A stretch of DNA of 64,000 nucleotides from an uncultured delta proteobacterium (GTDB taxonomy: Bacteria > Desulfobacterota > Binatia > UBA9968): assembly GCA_963737905.1 (NCBI GenBank), contig CAVTUQ010000015.1, positions 34,290 through 98,289 of the forward strand. The letters are read 5' to 3'. The notes beneath the pieces are model-generated. The model did not search any database. It had not been told where the DNA came from and saw only the letters and a program-made list of their open reading frames with translations. Each line of letters opens with the position of its first letter. Position 1 is the first letter of the stretch. The position numbers and the translations under genes were made by a program. Shown in pieces: positions 50,725 to 60,287 of this stretch.

Positions 50725-52300
50725 ATGCGCAACTTAAATCAAAAAGGATCTGTTTTAATATTCTTCACACTGGCTTTCGCACTCCTCGGCACCTTCATTG
50801 GTTTGGCCGTCGATTTCGGCCGCGCTTATTTGGAGAAAGCCCGCATCTCACGCTTGGTGGACGGAGCCGCTTTGGCCGCCGCCAAGGCACTGAAAGGACA
50901 AGTGGGTTTTCAAGATGAAGCGACCAGAGCGGCCTGCGACTCGATGGAAATGAACGGCGCTCCGGTGGTAATGTCCGGCCCCTCGAGCTGTGCCGCGACT
51001 ACTGGGGCGCCTTTCACGGTTACCCTCCAATTCCTTCCTGTCGCGGTCGCCGGGGGTCCGCCGATACAGCATGTGCAGGTTACCGGCATCGAGCCGATGC
51101 CAACGACTTTCCTCAGGTTTCTTGGCTGGATGGTTCCCGGTTGCGGCCAGACAAACGGCTGCTCCCAAATTGATGTCGCTGCGACCGCACAGGCTGCTCC
51201 GGAGAGACCGGTAGATCTGATGCTGGTGCTCGACAGATCGGGTTCCATGTCGGGAACCAAGATAGCGGCTTTGAAAACCACCGTGAACGAGTTTTTAGAT
51301 AATAACTTCACCGGAAACGATCGTATCGGCATGGTCAGTTTCGCTTGGCGCGGCTGCGGCAATGCGGCCGGCGACGACAACTTTGCCGCGAACATTTGCT
51401 CGCCCGATGTGCCGATGGCTTTTGCCGATAGCGGTTTTATCAACACTTTAAAGACCAAAGTGAACGCGCTCACTCCGAATAATGGCGCAACGAATACAAT
51501 GGAAGCGCTAAGAACCGCGCGTGTCCCGATCGCTGCCGCCTTTAATGATCCTACTCGCGTGGCCACACGCAAGGTAGTGCTGCTGATCACGGACGGCAAA
51601 CCAACCGCCATGAGACGAGACACGGATGCTCAATGTAAGCAAAACCCGAAGACCGGCGCCGTGGTGTCGGCATGGAATACCGGGAGCTTTCCGAACGGCT
51701 GTTTAATGGACGCAAATGATGCCAATGGAGGATATGCGACACGGTCAACTCTTAGCCACGGATCTCTGACCAATGCTAATGGCTCGAGTTTTTTCCTGAA
51801 TACGATCTCCTGTTTTCGCGCTTTACACGATTGTGATCCGGGGGGAGTCACCTCCAACGGCGTTATGTATGAGGCTGATCTGATAAGAAATTGTGGCGCG
51901 AACAACGCCGCTTGTGCCGCCGCCGGAGAACACGATGTCCTGGTCTTTGCTATTGGCATCGGCCAGGACACAAGCTGGCCTGAATCCCAATCAGAGATTC
52001 GACAAATACGCCAAGTGTATGCTTTTGCGTGCAGCCAACGGAACTGAGCTCTTGAACACCGGGAATAATTCCTTAGAGAGCATCAACACAATTTGCACGC
52101 CTCCTCCGCCTACGTATTCCGACAACGATACCTACGCGGAACTGCGGAATTTTTGGCCCTGCGGGTCCGGCCCCTGTATTAATTCCACTCAGGAAAAGGG
52201 CAAAGTCTACTTCGTTGATCAAACCGGCAATGTCCAAGCCCAAATGCAGCAGGTATTCAAAGACATTGCAGCAACCCTGAAGCTCAGACTAACCCTCTAG
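50725..52300 (+). CDS. TadG-like protein with vWA domain, frameshifted near 51973
   Basis: KGSV..AVDFGR..DGAALAAA; MIDAS DRSGSM and LITDG; C-terminus (FKDIA..LRLT) lies in the next frame. Confidence 0.83.
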
Positions 52301-52316
52301 AAACTAGCCAATACCA

Positions 52317-52360
52317 CCCACCACGGCACGATGTTTACTCCCGTTTTGTGCCGTGGTGGG
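52317..52360 (+). terminator. Stem-loop after tadG
   Basis: CCCACCACGGCAC / GTGCCGTGGTGGG 13-bp stem; no clear U-tract. Confidence 0.45.
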
Positions 52361-52505
52361 GCCGATTGAATCTTTCCGATCGAGCAACTTTCTCTTTCTC
52401 AATCCGTTGGAGTCGTCCGTCGAGGAAACGCCTCTTCGATTGGAAGTTTCTTTTCGATTTGGTAGTCTCCGCTGAGCAGAAAACAACTCAGCGCGAAAAC
52501 TGCCA

Positions 52506-53093
52506 ATGAAATTCCTGCCAAAACTCTTTGAGAATAACCGGACTTGGGCCGAAAAAATCAAGCTCGAAGATCCCCAATACTTTGAGCGCCTCAGCCGGAC
52601 ACAGACACCTGAGTTTCTCTGGATCGGCTGCGCGGACAGCCGGGTGCCGGCCAACGAGATCGTCGGCCTCGGCCCTGGAGAGCTTTTCGTCCACCGTAAT
52701 ATCGCGAATCTCGCGCCGCCTCTGGACGCCAATGTTCAGTCGGTCCTGCAATACGCCGTGGAGGCTCTGAAGGTAAAGCACATCATCGTTTGCGGCCATT
52801 ATGGCTGCGGCGGCGTGCTTGCTGCCCTGCGGGAGTGGTCGGGACTACCGTTAGAGAATTGGCTCGCCCACGTCCGGGCGGTGTACCGCGAGCACAAGGA
52901 CGAACTGGACGCTGCGCCCAACGAAGAGGTGCGCTGGCGACGACTATGTGAGCTTAACGTGATGGCCCAGGTGCACTCGGTGCGCCAAACCGAAGTTGTA
53001 AAAGTAGCATGGCGACAAGACCGGCCGGTGGTTGTGCATGGCTGGATCTACGACCTGCGTGAAGGGCTGCTGCGCGACCTGGATTTGAATTGA
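52506..53093 (+). CDS. can: Beta-class carbonic anhydrase
   Basis: IGCADSRV, FVHRNIAN, CGHYGCGG. Confidence 0.95.
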   Translation: MKFLPKLFENNRTWAEKIKLEDPQYFERLSRTQTPEFLWIGCADSRVPANEIVGLGPGELFVHRNIANLAPPLDANVQSVLQYAVEALKVKHIIVCGHYGCGGVLAALREWSGLPLENWLAHVRAVYREHKDELDAAPNEEVRWRRLCELNVMAQVHSVRQTEVVKVAWRQDRPVVVHGWIYDLREGLLRDLDLN

Positions 53094-53149
53094 CTCAGTT
53101 CGCCATCCAAAGCGGACTTGGATTCTGTTTTTGGCAGCTATGACCGACG

Positions 53150-53392
53150 GCTTGCCAACGCGACCGGGAATCGCCGCCGGTGGTGTTATGACTCTGGAAC
53201 ATGAAACCGAATTCGTAAACGTCGTCGTGTGGGGAAGCGTGTTTCAGCGACATTCCGTCTTGGCCAGACATTGAGTTTTTTAGGCATTACGGCACTCTGC
53301 AGGTTGAAGATAACGTCGTTGTTGCGGAAAAACTTTGGGAGCCAAAATTAGAACTCAAACCTACGGGCGCGCCGAGTCGCGACTTCCATTGA
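53150..53392 (+). pseudogene. dnaE2: C-terminal relic of error-prone polymerase DnaE2
   Basis: Manual translation across frameshifts: QR.PG..MTLEHET..VNVVVW..VF..LQVEDNVV..AEKL..SRDFH-stop. Confidence 0.8.
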
Positions 53393-53453
53393 CAGCAGCG
53401 ACGATCTCATTGCGAACCAGAAAATTGAGACTTGCTTGGAGAAAATTTTGCTT

Positions 53454-53531
53454 TGGCGTCCCCGACGGGATTTGAACCCGTGTTGCCGGCGTGAAAGGCC
53501 GATGTCCTGGGCCAGGCTAGACGACGGGGAC
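53454..53531 (-). tRNA. tRNA-Glu(TTC)
   Basis: Reverse complement GTCCCCG..TCGGC-CTTTCAC-GCCGG..TTCAAAT..CGGGGAC-G-CCA. Confidence 0.96.
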
Positions 53532-53536
53532 GCAAA

Positions 53537-53612
53537 TGGTGAGCCGTGCGAGATTCGAACTCGCGACCCTCTGCTTAAAAGGCAGATGCTCTACCGCCTG
53601 AGCTAACGGCTC
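53537..53612 (-). tRNA. tRNA-Lys(TTT)
   Basis: Reverse complement GAGCCGT..TCTGC-CTTTTAA-GCAGA..TTCGAAT..ACGGCTC-A-CCA. Confidence 0.96.
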
Positions 53613-53690
53613 GCTGGGATGTAAACCAATTCTACATAACGGGAATAGCCCGGTAAGTCAATGAAAGTCGAGCGGAAGAATTGCCGGCGT

Positions 53691-53939
53691 TTAACGATTA
53701 TCGCTTCTGACGAATCCGCGGGCTTCCAGTTGTTTCGCGCACGTCTCTACTGCGCCGGAGAGTGCCGAAACATCCCTCGACGATGATTCTTTCGCGGAAC
53801 ATGTACGCTGAACCCCCGTTTTGGGATCGTAAAGACTGATACTTAACGGAGAATCAGCTGCAACACAGCCTGAAATCAAAATAGCCGAAACCATGGCGGG
53901 AAAAAACATGTGACGCTGGGGAAAGCTGTTTTGAATCAT
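53691..53939 (-). CDS. Small predicted lipoprotein
   Basis: Hydrophobic stretch, ISGC lipobox, Cys pair, C-terminal EARGF; start uncertain. Confidence 0.55.
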   Translation of the reverse strand: MIQNSFPQRHMFFPAMVSAILISGCVAADSPLSISLYDPKTGVQRTCSAKESSSRDVSALSGAVETCAKQLEARGFVRSDNR

Positions 53940-54454
53940 TCTGATAAAGGCAAAGATTTGACCGGTCTTTACGAAGGATGATAACAAATAAGCAAAGACT
54001 TTTGAATATAATAATAAGATAGCTTGAGCTTCCTGTGTACCCCTGTAATTCAGAATGGTGACATCGACAATCGTCTAAAGACTCTTTTTGATGCGCTCTG
54101 TTTACCCAATGAGGAACAGCTACCCAAATTTCAACGAGCCAGCGAAATTCTCCTGCTCCGATAAGTAAATGTCAAGGATTCTTTGAAACGGAGCCGTGCG
54201 ACAAAAGCTGGGCTGCCTATTATCAATAGGGCTGACAATAGACGATCCGCTCCCCGTTGGCCTGAATTTTTGCTGTTATCCTTACGCCGATTGCGAAGAA
54301 CCTTTCCCGCAGTCTGCATATTGTCCACTTCATTTGAGAACCACGTCAACAGCCATGACTAAATTCAGTTTCCTTTTGAGTTATAGAGACATTTTAGAGA
54401 CATTGGCGCGTTGCGAGGGTAGGGGAGACGTGCTAACTACTTGAAAAAACATGC

Positions 54455-54493
54455 GCCCCCGTAGCTCAGTAGGATAGAGCACAGGATTCCTAA
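54455..54493 (+). repeat. att-site copy: 5' half of tRNA-Arg(CCT)
   Basis: GCCCCCGTAGCTCAGTAGGATAGAGCACAGGATTCCTAA, then diverges. Confidence 0.92.
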
Positions 54494-54645
54494 AAAAAGT
54501 GTACCCGTCAAGCTGAGTCCATTCCAGTTAGTATCAGCTAGGAAAATCAAGGTTAGGTGTCGTGTCGATGCGGTTGAGTTCAACTGTCTTTGGCACGGGC
54601 TTGGCACAAGAAGCAGGTTAAGCTACGGGAAGGCGCAAAATGAAT

Positions 54646-54879
54646 TTATTCTTTCGCGTATCCCCGCGCTTCCATGCAGGAACTGTAGAGGGTTGAGTCG
54701 TAGCTGGCCTCGGAATGGCCGATGATGCCGAGTAAGGACCAGTTATATGTCGATTTGGATTCTTGGAGGCACTGGTAATGGTCCTGGGCGTATTGTTGTT
54801 GAGGGACTCCAGGTTTGACCATTTTGGGGACGCCGCAGGCGGCAAGCAGGAGGGCGAGGATTAGCGGCAGGTATTTCAT
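54646..54879 (-). CDS. Small lipoprotein
   Basis: MKY plus hydrophobic core, LAAC lipobox, C..CMEARGY. Confidence 0.7.
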   Translation of the reverse strand: MKYLPLILALLLAACGVPKMVKPGVPQQQYAQDHYQCLQESKSTYNWSLLGIIGHSEASYDSTLYSSCMEARGYAKE

Positions 54880-55353
54880 GAAGTGTGTTTAGTGCTCGGA
54901 GAGGGGAAAGTCAATGTTCCCTCGGACACGTCATGCACAAGTGAGAGATGATTTTCATGGCTGATCTTCCGCAAACCAAGCCAGTCGTTTTTTCCAAATT
55001 CAACAGAAGTAAAAATTGCACTTCAGCCGAGTCTCGAAAATATTGTTTACTAACAACACAGGATTTCTTAACCTGTGGCGACAAAAAAGAGCAATGAAGT
55101 CAAGGATTTTTAACGACCTGTGCCGCAGCTGTGCCAACGATAGGAGAGGAAACGAGCTGAAAATTATGCGTCAACCATCGAACTTGACCCAGCCAAGAAG
55201 CAAGGAGCCGGCAGAAATGTCCCTGCGGTACCACCAGTCGAATCGGCAGAGGGCAAACTCTGATGAATCTCACGCCATGGATCGGTCACCCTGCATTTGG
55301 ATTTACTACGGCCGGCATTCTCCGAATTTTTAACCTTTGAATTTGGTTGATCG

Positions 55354-56913
55354 TTATCGGCTGCGAGTAGCGGGCCGCGACGAAGGTGGTCTGTTTTCTG
55401 CGTCGCGGCAAGTCTCGCCGGCACAGGTGCGAAGCGCGTCAAGCCATGAGGCCAGGCGCGAGACAAGATTAGGATTCGCCGTGCCTGCGATGCTGGTCTG
55501 CTCGTACGGATCATCATGAAGATTGTACATTTCACGTTCGCCGGTGCCGACGTATTCCACATAGACGAGATCCTTTGTGTGTAAACCTTGAAAGGGTTGC
55601 GGCATCTGGGGCTGAGCCACCGCGAGATCGAACGGATCGGGAGGCTCGACATCGTCCGAAGCATCCGCCGGAGTCCGACCTACATCTCCCGTTTGGATAA
55701 ATCCGTGCTCCAGGAGAAAACCTTTCCTCCAGCGCTCCGCAGATAGCACACGGTCGCGCAGAACCGGCACAAGCGACCGTCCGTCGACGAAGTCAGGTAT
55801 AATCACGCCTGCTAGCTCTGCAAAGGTCGGAGCGAAGTCAATGTTGAGTGTTATGTGCTCCAGCACTCGACCGCTTGGAATACCGGGGCCCCTGACAATT
55901 AGCGGCACTCGAAGGTCTTCTTCAAACTCGGTGTTTTTACCGGCGGGCAGACGGTGCTGCCCCAAGTGAAAACCATTGTCTGAGCTGAAGAAGATATAAG
56001 TATTGTCGAGCTGCTTGGTGTTACGGAGCGTTTCGATAATAGCTTCCACGGTGTCCTCCACCGCGAGCATGGACTTTAGGCGCTTTTGGTAAAGCGCGTC
56101 GAGTGAGGCGATCTGAGCTGTAGTGAGCAGCGGCCGGTTCTGCACCCATGAGGGCTGCTGACTGACATCTGCTTGGTTGAAAGTTGGTGGTCGGGGTGCT
56201 TTGGCGTCGGGGAACGCGTCGGCGTCTCGCGGCGCAAAGGTGGCCGGTTGATGCGGCGAATAGGTCGGCATCCACATAAAGAACGGCTGGGTGTCCTGGG
56301 CCATGCGCTGGATGAAATCGACGGCTTTGTCTCGGAATACGTCCTGCTCGTAATCCTCCGGAGCGTTGCCAAAGGCCTTGATCTGACCGTTGTCGTTGGC
56401 CGTGTAGTTGAATTGATTGTATTGGTTTTTCTCTCCGCTGAACCATTCGTCCCAGCCCGGCGCAATGTATTTGGCGCCGAGATTGCCCGGGTAGCCATTG
56501 AGATACTTCCCAATCAGGATCGTCCGGTAGCCAGCACCGTGCAACCAGGTCGCAAAGGTCGAGTTTTCCAGTCCCTCATCATGTGCCTTTTGAAAACCGC
56601 CACCAGGAGCGCTGTTCGTGAAGATCTCTGTATTGTGAGCATATTGGCCGCGTAGCATGGACGTCCGCGATGGACAGCAGAGCGAAAGGCTCACAAAAGA
56701 ATTCTTGAACGTTGTGCCCTGATCGGCCAAAAGCGACTTAAGCCTGGGAAAGTGATCAATCCAAGAATTATTGGGATATTCAATGTCCAGGTCATCGGTT
56801 AGGATAAAAACAATGTTCGGCCTTCGCGGTTCGGCAAGCAAGAATGGAGGCCTGAGCACAAGGGCTAAGGCTATTAAACCAATCGCGGACAAAAAGATTC
56901 CCGGGCCTTTCAT
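55354..56913 (-). CDS. Secreted formylglycine-dependent sulfatase (N-acetylglucosamine-6-sulfatase-like)
   Basis: Signal peptide, PNIVFILTDD, CCPSR, GKYLN, SDNGFHLGQH. Confidence 0.92.
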   Translation of the reverse strand: MKGPGIFLSAIGLIALALVLRPPFLLAEPRRPNIVFILTDDLDIEYPNNSWIDHFPRLKSLLADQGTTFKNSFVSLSLCCPSRTSMLRGQYAHNTEIFTNSAPGGGFQKAHDEGLENSTFATWLHGAGYRTILIGKYLNGYPGNLGAKYIAPGWDEWFSGEKNQYNQFNYTANDNGQIKAFGNAPEDYEQDVFRDKAVDFIQRMAQDTQPFFMWMPTYSPHQPATFAPRDADAFPDAKAPRPPTFNQADVSQQPSWVQNRPLLTTAQIASLDALYQKRLKSMLAVEDTVEAIIETLRNTKQLDNTYIFFSSDNGFHLGQHRLPAGKNTEFEEDLRVPLIVRGPGIPSGRVLEHITLNIDFAPTFAELAGVIIPDFVDGRSLVPVLRDRVLSAERWRKGFLLEHGFIQTGDVGRTPADASDDVEPPDPFDLAVAQPQMPQPFQGLHTKDLVYVEYVGTGEREMYNLHDDPYEQTSIAGTANPNLVSRLASWLDALRTCAGETCRDAENRPPSSRPATRSR

Positions 56914-57201
56914 AAAGTCACACTCCTTTTACGGCTATGGTAAAATAATTAAGAATCTTGATCGCCTTTTCTTTCTGAACAGCCGGCGTCAGCACTCTAT
57001 GGTTGTGAGACTTTGGTATGCAGCTTTGGCCTTGGCCGCAATTGCTTACCGCTTCACACCTGCTTTGTGCTCGTTATCTGGTGTTTAGACTTCGGTAAAG
57101 AAAAAAAGGTTTACCGCCGTCCACTAGGTCTATGATGTCGGATATAACAATTATTACAATCCACCGCTTCTATAAGGGTGCTCGGCGAAGCGGCGAGATG
57201 A

Positions 57202-57564
57202 ACGCAAAGCAGGCTTGACCTCGTGTTCTGTAACGAGTTTGGCGAGCCTTGCGAGCGTACGAGCATAGGGCGCTACTGATTGAGTCCCGCGCTAGAGCAA
57301 GCGGGAATTGATAAGTCGGTGAGAATGCACGGGCTCAGACATACCTACGCCTCAATGCTCATTCGACTCAAGAGGCCGATAACTGAAGTGTCTCGCTACC
57401 TGGGACATGCGGATGTTTCAATCACGATGAGAGTCTATGCGCATTTCCTGAAGCCCAAGAGACAGGACACGATGAGCGATCTGGAAAGGCTGAATCGAAA
57501 GTTCCTTGGCACAATCTGGCACAGTTTGATGAGAACAGGAGAAAGTATTATCGTAAGTAGCTGA
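57202..57564 (+). pseudogene. Tyrosine integrase C-terminal remnant
   Basis: LDLVFCNEFGEP..(in-frame TGA)..HGLRHTYAS..LGHADVSITMRVYAH; N-terminus missing. Confidence 0.88.
57526..57554 (+). promoter_or_regulatory. Islet-supplied sigma70-like promoter for tRNA-Arg
   Basis: TTGATG-N17-TATCGT, 20 bp upstream of the tRNA. Confidence 0.45.
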
Positions 57565-57574
57565 TACTTAATGT

Positions 57575-57648
57575 GCCCCCGTAGCTCAGTAGGATAGAGC
57601 ACAGGATTCCTAATCCTGGGGCCGTGAGTTCGAATCTCGCCGGGGGCA
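57575..57648 (+). tRNA. tRNA-Arg(CCT), CCA not encoded
   Basis: GCCCCCG/CGGGGGC acceptor stem, CAGGA-TTCCTAA-TCCTG anticodon arm, TTCGAAT. Confidence 0.95.
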
Positions 57649-57694
57649 TTTCCTAAATCAATCGCTTGCATCTTAAACTCGAAGTCCACTTTAA

Positions 57695-57990
57695 CTAAGA
57701 AACCGCCCAAGTGTCCTCAAGGTGGTTAAGTTGGTCGCTAACAGACTTTTGACCGCTGAAAATCGCCACCACGAACGTCGACGCCGAGTCCGTCTGCATT
57801 TTCGGGATGAAGTGAGTGTAGACGGTGAGCGTGATGTTCACATGCGCGTGCACGAGCATGGACCTCACTTCGGAGATAGGGGTATTGTTCATCAGGTGAA
57901 TCGACGCGAAGCTATGACGCAAGCTCTGAATGGTTAGCCGTCGCAGCTTCTCCTTTTTCCTCCTTGGCATTTTTATTTGCTGCCTTGATG
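57695..57990 (-). pseudogene. Second tyrosine integrase C-terminal remnant
   Basis: LRRLTIQSLRHSFAS..MLVHAHVNITLTVYTH, a decayed HxLRH / LGH / Y set. Confidence 0.8.
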
Positions 57991-58668
57991 GCCGCATCAA
58001 ACGCTCGCCACGTCGCCTTTCTACATTCCAACTCTGCGGCTTCGAGAATGGCGAGGGTTGTAAAACGGTCATGGCCTGCATTTATAAAACCGAGCCGATC
58101 ATCGACTCATTTTTTGCTTGTTGAAGAAAACCGAGTTTAGCTTCAGTTTCTGTTGTGAAAGTGTCGATTGTTTTGTTCATTATGAAAGTCCAAAACATCC
58201 CTCTCGCCGCCTTCAGTATATTGAAGGGTTCCTCTTGGACGCCAGCAAAGGGTGGTTAGACTTCGCTGTACTACGAATCGAGCCTCGCGCACGCCGCTGG
58301 CTTCGGTAACGACGCCGTAGGTTGCGCCGCTGACAGACCGTGTTTCAATGGAGCCCATCAGGCCGGCAATAAGATTATCTTCCACTTCACCGGTGTCACG
58401 GGTTGGGACTTTTACAATGTTCGCTATGCACAGGCGGGGGGTGGAGAAAAACAAGTAGAGAACCGGTCCGGATCGTTTACGTTTAACAATGTTTAACCAA
58501 ATCGTGTTTATAAACTCAAAGTCCAATAACTGAGACTGCCTCGTGAATCGGGGAAACGTGATCGCTATTGCGGCGGGGCTTCCCGACTCAGAGTGTTGAA
58601 GCACATATGAAATGCGAAAAATTATGAGCGAGCGAACAAAGTAGGGGGCACTGATCGCTGTGCTTTTG

Positions 58669-59306
58669 CTACTGAAAGGTGATCATATCCGTACGGCTCA
58701 AGGTTGAGGCTTTTGTCTTCAGCGGCTCGTTCGTGGCGTTCGCGCTATTCTGAGTCAATATTTGGAATAGGCCGATGGCCACTTCGTAGTCGGTTGCGGC
58801 TAAGCTGGCATCTGTGGGTACAACGACGGTGTAACCCCGCAGTGTTGCTCCAACTGAGGTATAGACCACGGAGCCGCTGACCTTCCAGCCAGTAAGAATC
58901 ACCGTCGTAATCCCCTTGTCCTTCAGCGTCTTGTCGAGGTCGGTGTTGTAGAATCTGTCCTGAGCATATGACGTAATGATAGGGTCGCCTGGAGCAGGAG
59001 CAACCTCTGGCAGCCACTTGGAGATGTTCGGGGCCCGAGTAGAGTACAGGACCAACACGCCAGCCTTTCTTGCCTGCGCCAGCAGCGAGGCGATGGCCGG
59101 CACCATTACCCCAGTGCATTTTGGCTGGTTTTTGCAAATGGGATCGACCATGTCGAACACCAACAACGCCGTTGTCGCGGGTTTGAGGACAACTCGGACC
59201 GGGTCTGGAAGGGCCGGCATTTGCAGCGTCAGCAACGGCCTGCCGCTCCACCATAGACCGTGAGTACGAGGCCGCTAGTTAGAAGGACGGTACGAATCCG
59301 CGTCAT
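58669..59306 (-). CDS. Isochorismatase/cysteine hydrolase-fold protein, probably secreted, frameshifted near 59240
   Basis: TALLVFD, FYNTDLD..LKDKGITTVILTG, RGYTVVVPTDA; signal-like MTRIRTVLLTSGLVLTV lies in another frame. Confidence 0.75.
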
Positions 59307-59781
59307 GTTCGATTCTCCGGGTGCGGGTTTCATGGACATACAGTCACAACAGCGTCCACAATTCCGCGACTATAACCGAGCTCTGTATAGGAAAATTTGA
59401 AACACCCTTTTTCTCTGACCGTAGCAATATCGCCGAACCGGCGACGTGTCAATCACATTTGTGTTTAGTGGAAATCGCGGTTTTGAGGGGTTTGCTCATA
59501 GAGCCGAGTCGCACGTTCAAAGAAATGTTATCTCACACCACAGCGCCGGTCCACATCAGGCCGTGCAGGCCTACTAAGGGATAATCCAGCGGCAGATATT
59601 CCTCTGCTAAAAGTTAGAACAGGTGAGGTCCGCGCATTATCTCAGTATGAGTAACTTTCCACGGATGGGGTTCTTGAGAGAGCGATCGTGATTTCCGAAT
59701 CGACTGGGCCGAGGTGTTGCAGCGGCTTGACACCGACAAGGGGAATCTTTTAGAAGGAAAAACAAGGGAGGTACCGTCGAA

Positions 59782-60276
59782 ATGGGAACTATCGAGGGGT
59801 CGCGACTGATTCTCGCCGGGTTAAAAGAGGCGCGGATCAATCTGGTGGCAAGCGTTCCTGACATCAATATGTTGCAACTCATCAATCTTCTCCATGAAGA
59901 TCAGGAAATCACTCATGTTCCGGTGGGTCGCGAAGAGGAGGGGATCGGCGTTTGCACCGGCGCGCATTTAGCCGGAAAACAAGCGGCGATGTTAATGCAG
60001 AACGGCGGCTTGCTGAACAGTTGCAACGGCCTCACGACCACAGCGCTCCAGTTCGGTATTCCAGTATTGCTGCTTATCTATTACGCGGGCGATATGGGCG
60101 ATAACGCTTTCCATATGGTTGGCCTTGTCACCGAGCCCGTGCTGCAGGGATTGGGAATCAAATACACGGTGATGCGCGACCCGTCCAAAGTGAAACAAGA
60201 TATCGCCGGGGCAGTGATTGCGGCGAACAGTTCAAAACGACCCGTGGCGGTGTTGTTGACGCGGGCCGTCTTGTAG
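59782..60276 (+). CDS. comD: Sulfopyruvate/phosphonopyruvate decarboxylase alpha subunit-like
   Basis: SVPD, REEEGIGVCTGA, MQNGG. Confidence 0.8.
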   Translation: MGTIEGSRLILAGLKEARINLVASVPDINMLQLINLLHEDQEITHVPVGREEEGIGVCTGAHLAGKQAAMLMQNGGLLNSCNGLTTTALQFGIPVLLLIYYAGDMGDNAFHMVGLVTEPVLQGLGIKYTVMRDPSKVKQDIAGAVIAANSSKRPVAVLLTRAVL

Positions 60277-60287
60277 GTGAAATCGAT

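Larger units (their letters stand above)
54455..57613. mobile_element. Degenerate integrative islet in tRNA-Arg(CCT)
   Basis: 39-bp perfect direct repeat (54455-54493 / 57575-57613) equal to the tRNA 5' half; integrase relic; paired TGGCAC motifs at both ends. Confidence 0.85.

Noticed and set aside
52506-53093. Carbonic anhydrase as CO2 supplier to the UbiDs
   Set aside because: It is 30 kb away in an unrelated context, with no evidence of linkage.
57277-57279. In-frame TGA as selenocysteine or readthrough
   Set aside because: It lies in an N-terminally deleted integrase relic, so ordinary decay is the simpler explanation.
58143-58604. 153-aa ORF next to the integrase relic
   Set aside because: No recognisable motif or RBS; probably decayed island DNA.
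59307-59326. GTTCGATTCTCCGGGTGCG as the 3' tRNA att copy of the second element
   Set aside because: The match is short and gapped, and it coincides with the RBS of the minus-strand gene.
59320-59780. TPP riboswitch upstream of the TPP enzymes
   Set aside because: I could not find the CTGAGA core with the expected TPP riboswitch architecture.
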